Assembly (NCBI GenBank): GCA_036562625.1 | Contig: DATCJV010000037.1 | Span: 2,012 to 66,011 of the forward strand | Length of the DNA: 64,000 bases | Reading direction: 5' to 3' | Source: Bacillota bacterium | Lineage (GTDB): Bacteria > Bacillota > UBA4882 > UBA10575 | Shown: piece after piece, positions 31,393 through 37,345 of the stretch | How positions within the stretch are numbered: position 1 is the first letter of the stretch | Layout of the letters: every line of letters begins with the position of its first letter | Made by a program: the position numbers and the translations under genes | The notes under the pieces: generated by a model | Told to the model about the DNA's origin: nothing | The model's input: the letters and a program-made list of their open reading frames with translations, nothing else | The model's database searches: none

Positions 31393-31905
31393 ATGCATCT
31401 AGACGGCGTTCGCCAGGTCAGGTTGGTTAAGGATAAACCGAAAAGTCTTATCAACCGGACAGAGAATCGAAATCTAAGACGAAGAATATGCGAATCTGCG
31501 GTTTTGGAATTGGGTTCCCCTGATCTGCGCGAAACCGGCATCTATCATCTACAAATCATCAAAAACCCCAATCAATTCGGAAAACACCAAATAAATGATA
31601 GTAAAGTTGAGACCCTGCGCTCCATGGTGGAAAAAATGATATTTAAACAGGCTTTAGCAGGTTCGGAGGCGGAGGAAGAATATTGGAACGCCACTGCTAC
31701 CTCCCAAAGGGTCATTGAATTGGCAAAAACGCTGGCTATTGATGACCCGGACCAGGCCTACCAGATGAAAACAGGGTTTATTAAAGGTTTTCATGATGCG
31801 CAGGAGTTATATGGCAAAGCTCTTCCCCAGGTATGTACCGATACCTTAAGATTAACTACCGAGGCTTTTGATTCTTGGATTATTAAGGTTAAGAATAAAG
31901 AGTAA
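31393..31905 (+). CDS. Hypothetical protein, possibly DUF5610-like
   Basis: The ATG at 31393 is preceded by GAAGGAGAGAAGG; the ORF opens at 31363. The C-terminal pattern YWNATATSQRVIELA...GFIKGFHDAQELYGKALPQVCTDT...FDSW resembles DUF5610-type proteins as I recall them. Confidence 0.35.
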   Translation: MHLDGVRQVRLVKDKPKSLINRTENRNLRRRICESAVLELGSPDLRETGIYHLQIIKNPNQFGKHQINDSKVETLRSMVEKMIFKQALAGSEAEEEYWNATATSQRVIELAKTLAIDDPDQAYQMKTGFIKGFHDAQELYGKALPQVCTDTLRLTTEAFDSWIIKVKNKE

Positions 31906-31973
31906 GAGAGGAATTCTTTTCTTATTTACGGTTGAGTCCATCGACAAAAGGCAAGTTGTGCTTGTTACTAAAG

Positions 31974-31995
31974 GGACCGTCTACACAGACGGTCC
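31974..31995. terminator. Hairpin terminator between convergent genes
   Basis: GGACCGTC-TACACA-GACGGTCC. It lies between the plus-strand gene ending at 31905 and the minus-strand gene ending at 32060. Confidence 0.6.
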
Positions 31996-32059
31996 TTCAC
32001 TTATTAGTAAAAGAAACTATGTAAAGAAGAGAGTTGTCTAGGGCAAAGCAAATCAGATT

Positions 32060-34843
32060 TTATTCATGCAGAGGAAAATCCAAATCCTTTATTTCCTCTG
32101 CAGCTTTAGTTATGGTGATGATCTTTTCCTTGGTAACCAGTCCTTCAGGGAGAGATGAGGGATCCAGCACTAAACGGTAGGTTCCGGGGGTCAGCAGTAA
32201 ATAATAGTCTCCTTGTTGGCCGGTCATCACGGAGTATCTTCCGTCCACCGTCATCACCTTTACTCTGCGCAAAGGTTGATCCGGTTGATCATAAAGACCG
32301 TTTTGGTTTACGTCAATAAACACCCGGCCGGAGACAGAACCGACGATTTCTATACCCAGATCCACCGATTGGGTGGAGCCGGCGGTAACGGTCAGTAGTA
32401 AGTCTTCATTAACTGCCCGGTAATTAAGGGGTAAGGTAAAAATATTTATCCTGATGCGGCGAATCCCAGGCGGGATACGATGGAAGATAAACCTTCCCTG
32501 CGCATCTGTGGTGGCCAACGCAATGTCATCCACTGACACCTCGATTCCCGGGACGCCCTTTTCCTCTTCATCCATGAGGCCATTGGCGTTTTCATCCAGG
32601 AAGACCCGGCCGGAGATGTATCCGTCGTGAATACTTCTGCTTTTGTCTCCTGGGAGGAGTCCGTGGGGGGTAAAGGCAAAACCACCGTCAAGCTCAATGG
32701 AGATTTGGTATGATTCGACGTCTCCCACCGGAGAGCCGGGTTCATAATAATAATTACCGGCTATTCTAAAATAGGTTTCCGGAAAAATTTCTTTGTAATA
32801 TGACGTATATAAGGACCATTTTTTCCAAGTAAAATCATTCCTGGCGAGTGCACTGAGACCTACTCCCAGCCCGAGATAGGATGAGTCTTCATTTTTCTGC
32901 CAGAAGGTTAGGCTTAATCCGTTTTCTTGACTTTTATCCCCGTTCTCCCTTGCAGATTCGGAGAAGAGGTAAATAGAATACCGACGTTCAGCTTCCAAGC
33001 CAAGTCCTACTTTCAACCAGTAGTTATCCAAATGATATTCTTCCACTCCTGGCCCCGCTGCGGAGATGGTCTGCTCCTCTTCCCCAATCCAGCCAAATTC
33101 CAGACTTTGGTTAGAAAGACCTCCCGAGCGCCAGCTGAGTTCGGTCCGTTTATGCACCGTTTTGGGCTCATCTTCGGCGAAGCGGTTAGTTTTTCCGAAA
33201 AGACCCGTGATATGTCCTGAGAGCAAGGGAAAGGTCACTCCGGCTTCCCGGGTGGACAGTGATTCTCCTATAGTATTTTGGTCACTTTGATCCCGCTGAG
33301 CGCCACGTAAATAAACCAAGTAATTCCGTTGCGGTCGCCAGTAAGCCCCCAGCTCGTATTCGTTAACCCGGCCTTCTTCCGGTTTGGCGAAGACTGGACG
33401 GAAAGTCTCCGGTTGATAATAATATGAAGTTAAAAGCGTCGTACCTGGAAGTCCAAGGTTTAGTGAAGCACGCCCGGCTCTCCCCATGTCGGGCCCAACA
33501 AGCCAAGCCCTAGTGTCAAAGGTCAGGTTCGGGAGGAGTTGCCAATTAGAGAATTCGCTGACCTGCAGGATCTTATCGGAGTTATTTGTTTTTTCGATGG
33601 CTGCCAGATTGAGACCAACAGTGGCGTTAGAAAAGCCAACCAGCAGTTCGGAGACGGAGCTGAAGAGGTTTTTATGTGTATTATAAAAATTTTTTTCTTG
33701 GAATCCCAGAGAGGTTAAAAAGTGGATGGAGCCGGGTTTTACATAGTTATCCCGGGGGAGGAGGATCCACTTTTTTTCGTCAATCAATACCTCTCCCGCC
33801 TTTATCAATAGGCGCATTTTATGGCTTCTCCGGGGAACCAACCATAATTCGAAGACATACTCCCCGTCCTCCACGGTTTTAGTCTGATATAAGAGATCGT
33901 CCACCCAGAGCTCCACAGTGCAACCTGCCGGCGCCTGGCCATGAAGTAGAGGTTTCCGCTCCATATATAACGGGCGCCAATCAGGCGTGGCATAGGCAAC
34001 ACCTGTGGATTGCCAGCTGTAGGGATAGAAGGCGGCATAAGGCAGCTCCACAGTGCCCAGCTGCCAATAGCCCAAATCCGTCTCTTTTTTCCAAAGATAC
34101 TTGTAGAGATTAAAATTATAGTCATGGGTATTAAAGTCATACTTCATTGCACCGCCGATGCTTAATTGGCCACCTAGGATCGTGCCTCCGGTTTCCAAGG
34201 AGAGAACCGTGGTCAAGTTGGTGTAATCCGGAGGGGTGTAAAAGGAGTAATCCGAATAATTCAAATAAGATATGCGGTTAACCGGTTGAAAAGGGTCATG
34301 CTCAACAAGGGGTTCTTTAGAATCCGGTTCTTTCTCTTCAAGTAGAGCGGAGTTAGGCAATCCCCACAGAGAAATCTCCAACTGTGAAGAATTCCATAAG
34401 GCGGAAGCACCTGTTAAGATCTGAAAATTGCTCAAAGACATAAAGTATTCATCGCGTACGGGAAACCAATAGCCTTTAACGGGGACTTTAACTCCTGCCA
34501 GGTCCAGTAAATCTTCCTTTATGTACAGGTAGTTGATTTTCTCACGATGGTGCGCTGTGCTGATTGCCCAGCTGTCTTCCTGAGCGGACACTTCATATCC
34601 ACAGTAAAGTGCGAGGGCGCGGATGGGCACATAAGGTTCTTCCTTGATCAGGACTTCAAGAAGAGCTGAGCAGGAAGGGAAGAGGAAAAGGACGATTGAA
34701 AAGTCATTTTCCTTTTTTATCTCCGTGAAGTTGAGAGGAACAAAGATCCCTCCGGTTTGCCCTTTAGCCGTTTGATAAGACAGAGACAGTGAGCTGATTA
34801 ACAAGCAGAGTAGTAAAACGTTTTTTTCCTTCAATGGGCTCAC
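32060..34843 (-). CDS. Large secreted outer-membrane protein, usher-like (candidate fibre-assembly platform) with two C-terminal SdrD-B/Cna-B-like domains
   Basis: Signal peptide LLLCLLISSLSLSYQTA. A long Tyr/Trp/Gly-rich beta-strand region follows. Residues ~261-356 (LGTVELPYAAFYPYSWQSTGVAYATPDW...HGQAPAGCTVELWVDDLLYQTKTVEDGEYVFELW...MRLLIKAGE) parallel the PapC/FimD barrel-plug consensus. The C-terminus has two GRVF.D.N.NG..D beta-sandwich repeats. The GTG start lies 3 nt after the upstream stop. Confidence 0.45.
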   Translation of the reverse strand: MSPLKEKNVLLLCLLISSLSLSYQTAKGQTGGIFVPLNFTEIKKENDFSIVLFLFPSCSALLEVLIKEEPYVPIRALALYCGYEVSAQEDSWAISTAHHREKINYLYIKEDLLDLAGVKVPVKGYWFPVRDEYFMSLSNFQILTGASALWNSSQLEISLWGLPNSALLEEKEPDSKEPLVEHDPFQPVNRISYLNYSDYSFYTPPDYTNLTTVLSLETGGTILGGQLSIGGAMKYDFNTHDYNFNLYKYLWKKETDLGYWQLGTVELPYAAFYPYSWQSTGVAYATPDWRPLYMERKPLLHGQAPAGCTVELWVDDLLYQTKTVEDGEYVFELWLVPRRSHKMRLLIKAGEVLIDEKKWILLPRDNYVKPGSIHFLTSLGFQEKNFYNTHKNLFSSVSELLVGFSNATVGLNLAAIEKTNNSDKILQVSEFSNWQLLPNLTFDTRAWLVGPDMGRAGRASLNLGLPGTTLLTSYYYQPETFRPVFAKPEEGRVNEYELGAYWRPQRNYLVYLRGAQRDQSDQNTIGESLSTREAGVTFPLLSGHITGLFGKTNRFAEDEPKTVHKRTELSWRSGGLSNQSLEFGWIGEEEQTISAAGPGVEEYHLDNYWLKVGLGLEAERRYSIYLFSESARENGDKSQENGLSLTFWQKNEDSSYLGLGVGLSALARNDFTWKKWSLYTSYYKEIFPETYFRIAGNYYYEPGSPVGDVESYQISIELDGGFAFTPHGLLPGDKSRSIHDGYISGRVFLDENANGLMDEEEKGVPGIEVSVDDIALATTDAQGRFIFHRIPPGIRRIRINIFTLPLNYRAVNEDLLLTVTAGSTQSVDLGIEIVGSVSGRVFIDVNQNGLYDQPDQPLRRVKVMTVDGRYSVMTGQQGDYYLLLTPGTYRLVLDPSSLPEGLVTKEKIITITKAAEEIKDLDFPLHE

Positions 34844-34846
34844 CCC

Positions 34847-35686
34847 TTACTCGGCATTAACTTCAAAAGCGGTAGTATGCTTTATACCGGTGTTGCCCGG
34901 TTCCAAACCATATTCTGCCAGATCGCCCGCATATAACGGCGGGACAAAGGAAAACTCACTCTCTACATGGTAGAGACCGGGAGGAAGTTCCAGAGGCAAC
35001 TGGCTGGTGAAAAAGCGGGATCTGCCTGGAAAGACTACATTTCCTTTGTAAAAGCCTTCACCTAAGACCGTTTTATTTCCGTCGAGCACCTTAAACCTTC
35101 CAGTGCAGCGTAGATGGGCGTTGCCACTGGAGTTGATTTTACACCTGAGTTGCAAGCCGTTATCTTTGCAATAATCGATGAAGACTTCTTCCAAGGAACC
35201 GCGTCTCGTTACGGGTGGGGTGTATCCATAGATAGTGACCAGAATGTTACTGACCATTGTCAGAGCGGTTTCCTCCACCGGTTCGCCGGCAAAGAGAATG
35301 GCGCACCGGTGTTCTCCAGCAGGCGCCTGAGCGGGGGGGGTAAGGCTAAATCTTACTACTTGCCGGGCTCCGGGCGCCAATTGAAAAAGGCGGGGATTAA
35401 ATCGCAACCAGGTGGCACAAGAGCTGGATGCCTCTCCAGGTATGGTAAATAGAGGATTTCCCTCTTCATCCATTTCCCAATCCCGGACATCTACCCCGAT
35501 CCGTAATGTGTCTGTACCATTATTAAGTATAGTAATGGCTTGAGTTTCTACTTTACCCGGAGTGAGCAATAGTTCAAAACGGGAGGGTTGGATAATTAAT
35601 TGGGTGGTACTTTGGCCGCTGGTGGAAAATAATAATGTAAGAAGCAAAATACCCAGAGAAGAGAGGATTTTTCTTTTCTGCTTCAT
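34847..35686 (-). CDS. Periplasmic two-domain Ig-fold protein, PapD-like chaperone candidate (alternative: DUF916-like)
   Basis: Signal peptide ILLLTLLFSTSGQS. LIIQPSRFELLLTPGKVETQAITILNNGTDTLRIGVDVRDW...FNPRLFQLAPGARQVVRFSL...EHRCAILF follows the PapD_N pattern (tRvi...v.N.g...v.v..w...vtPPlfrl.pg..q.lRi...Esl). RBS GGAGGT lies 7 nt upstream. Confidence 0.45.
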   Translation of the reverse strand: MKQKRKILSSLGILLLTLLFSTSGQSTTQLIIQPSRFELLLTPGKVETQAITILNNGTDTLRIGVDVRDWEMDEEGNPLFTIPGEASSSCATWLRFNPRLFQLAPGARQVVRFSLTPPAQAPAGEHRCAILFAGEPVEETALTMVSNILVTIYGYTPPVTRRGSLEEVFIDYCKDNGLQLRCKINSSGNAHLRCTGRFKVLDGNKTVLGEGFYKGNVVFPGRSRFFTSQLPLELPPGLYHVESEFSFVPPLYAGDLAEYGLEPGNTGIKHTTAFEVNAE

Positions 35687-35766
35687 GTCCTTACCTCCAG
35701 AGTGGTTTCTCCGTATACAATACCCGGCTTACATGGAAAAGGTTAGCAGAAAGGATCTAAGGGAAA

Positions 35767-35788
35767 GAGGCGGACCGAAGTCCGCCTC
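35767..35788 (-). promoter_or_regulatory. Intra-operon stem-loop after the small subunit gene (partial terminator or mRNA stabiliser candidate)
   Basis: On the minus strand, GAGGCGGAC-TTCG-GTCCGCCTC (9-bp GC-rich stem, UUCG tetraloop) is followed by TTTCCCTT. It lies in the 108-nt gap between the subunit and chaperone-like genes. Confidence 0.5.
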
Positions 35789-35794
35789 TTCGGG

Positions 35795-36376
35795 TTATTC
35801 TTGATACGCAGTGAAGTATACGGCAAAGCTGTACTTTCCGGGGGTGGTCGTGCTGTCCACCACACCGCGGAACTGATAACTTCCCAATTCTTGGCCGTCG
35901 TTACCGGTTGGTCCGGCGGCGTCCCAAATTGGGGTCATACTCCAGACATTTAAGGGTTGCCAATTGTCACTGTCGGTTTTCCGGTATTCGAAACCCAACC
36001 TATTTTCCTGGTCGATCTGGTTTTCAAATTTGCTTTGCCTAGCGGTCCGTACGACATAATCGGTGCGGCCGATCCGGGCGGCCCAGGGGGCATTGGAGTA
36101 TACCCAGACCTCGTACGCGCGGCTTTCCACGTAGGTTGCCTCTTGTCCGGGAACGGGAGTGACCTCTTTTCTAAAGGAATCGGTTAGGACTCCACCCGGA
36201 AGCCAATCATTGGAAACGTCCTTAACTCCGTTAACACTAAGGATGAGTAAAGGTCTGACGATTAGTTCGGCTGGAACGAAAACAGTAGCATCGACTTTGT
36301 GACCTTGGGCAAAGGCCGGCGCCGCGGCCAGGCAAATTAAGAGGAGAAGAATGAGTAGAATGTGAGTGGCCTTCAT
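35795..36376 (-). CDS. Small secreted beta-rich protein, candidate major fibre subunit (WxL/SCPU-like C-terminal motif)
   Basis: Signal peptide LLILLLLICLAAAPAFA-QG, no Cys in the mature part, and motifs VWVYSNAPW and TTTPGKYSFAVYFTAY. A perfect RBS AAAGGAGGTGA precedes the start. The ATG overlaps the upstream TGA (TGATG). Confidence 0.45.
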   Translation of the reverse strand: MKATHILLILLLLICLAAAPAFAQGHKVDATVFVPAELIVRPLLILSVNGVKDVSNDWLPGGVLTDSFRKEVTPVPGQEATYVESRAYEVWVYSNAPWAARIGRTDYVVRTARQSKFENQIDQENRLGFEYRKTDSDNWQPLNVWSMTPIWDAAGPTGNDGQELGSYQFRGVVDSTTTPGKYSFAVYFTAYQE

Positions 36377-37227
36377 CAATAGTCACCTCCTTTCGGCAAA
36401 AGCTCTTCCTGTGCAGGAAGAACGGAAAAACGTAGATAAAAAGGATAATCACCAGCCCGCAGAGGGGCAGAAGGGGCTTTCTGCCAATCCAGGACCAGCC
36501 GGTGGTCTCCTCCTGCTTCGCCTCGAGCCAAACAAATTATTTGGTTGGGTAAAACCAAAACTGGAGTGGAGGATAGAAAGTGAGTTGCCGCCGAGTGGTA
36601 CAGGCTGTTACAGACCAAAGCCAGGTTTTCGTGGGACTTCGTTACTTCCACTTGTAACACCCAGGGGGCATTAGCGTGGATTTGTAACGAAAGCTGCCTG
36701 TCCACATGGTGATCATCTGTAATGTGTAGACGGCGGAAGGATTGAGGCGTGATCACGGCCAAAAAGGGGACTTTTAGTTTGAGCAGTTCCCTCTGGATGA
36801 TTCTCTCCTGACCGGTGATCTCTAATATAATGTTTATGGGTACTTCATAGAGACCAGGGGTGGTCATCCAGTCAAACTTCCAGATTAAAGGGATCCTTTG
36901 CCAACGTGCCCCTTTTCCTGATACTTCCTGTCCTAAAGGAGAGGTAATCTGATGATCTTCTGATGAAATCTCCCATTGCAGCCTCCAACAGGTGTCGGCC
37001 ACCACTTCAACAAGGAGTTCTCCTCTGGCTGTGATCAGGGAACTCGTGATACCGGAGGGTAGAGGATCCAAGCGAAAAAGATCCGAAGAGATCTTTAGGA
37101 AGGCCTCGCGGGGAGCGGCCAGAGAAGAGCAGCCCAGAAAAAGCAGGGTGGCTAGAACCGATACGAGCAGGTGGTGTCGTATACACGTCCATGTACACGC
37201 CTCACCTTTCTGTCCATTTGTTTTCAA
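36376..37227 (-). CDS. Two-module secreted/lipoprotein candidate paralogous to the small subunit (minor subunit or tip protein candidate)
   Basis: The ORF opens at ATG 37329, but the nrdJ terminator lies inside that extension. The TTG at 37227 has GGGGGT 6 nt upstream and yields MKTNGQKG...LLVSVLATLLFLGC, a lipobox-like signal. Two internal modules each carry a W.L motif and a G.Y...hydrophobic C-terminal strand. Confidence 0.4.
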   Translation of the reverse strand: MKTNGQKGEACTWTCIRHHLLVSVLATLLFLGCSSLAAPREAFLKISSDLFRLDPLPSGITSSLITARGELLVEVVADTCWRLQWEISSEDHQITSPLGQEVSGKGARWQRIPLIWKFDWMTTPGLYEVPINIILEITGQERIIQRELLKLKVPFLAVITPQSFRRLHITDDHHVDRQLSLQIHANAPWVLQVEVTKSHENLALVCNSLYHSAATHFLSSTPVLVLPNQIICLARGEAGGDHRLVLDWQKAPSAPLRAGDYPFYLRFSVLPAQEELLPKGGDY

Positions 37228-37285
37228 GTTTTTACCCCCAATTTTGAATCTAAAAAAGTCTATGTAATTTAACAGATAATATGAC

Positions 37286-37310
37286 AAAAAAAATAACAGG
37301 GTTAACCCTG
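37286..37310 (-). terminator. Rho-independent terminator of nrdJ
   Basis: On the minus strand, CAGGG-TTAA-CCCTG is followed by TTATTTTTTTT, 36 nt after the nrdJ stop codon. Confidence 0.55.
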
Positions 37311-37345
37311 CTAGAAAGAGTAAGATCATTAGCTTTATAAAGTAT

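Noticed and set aside
32213-34140. Several nested 60-110-aa ORFs on both strands inside the 927-aa gene
   Set aside because: All are contained within a long ORF with a signal peptide and coherent domain structure. They are frame shadows.
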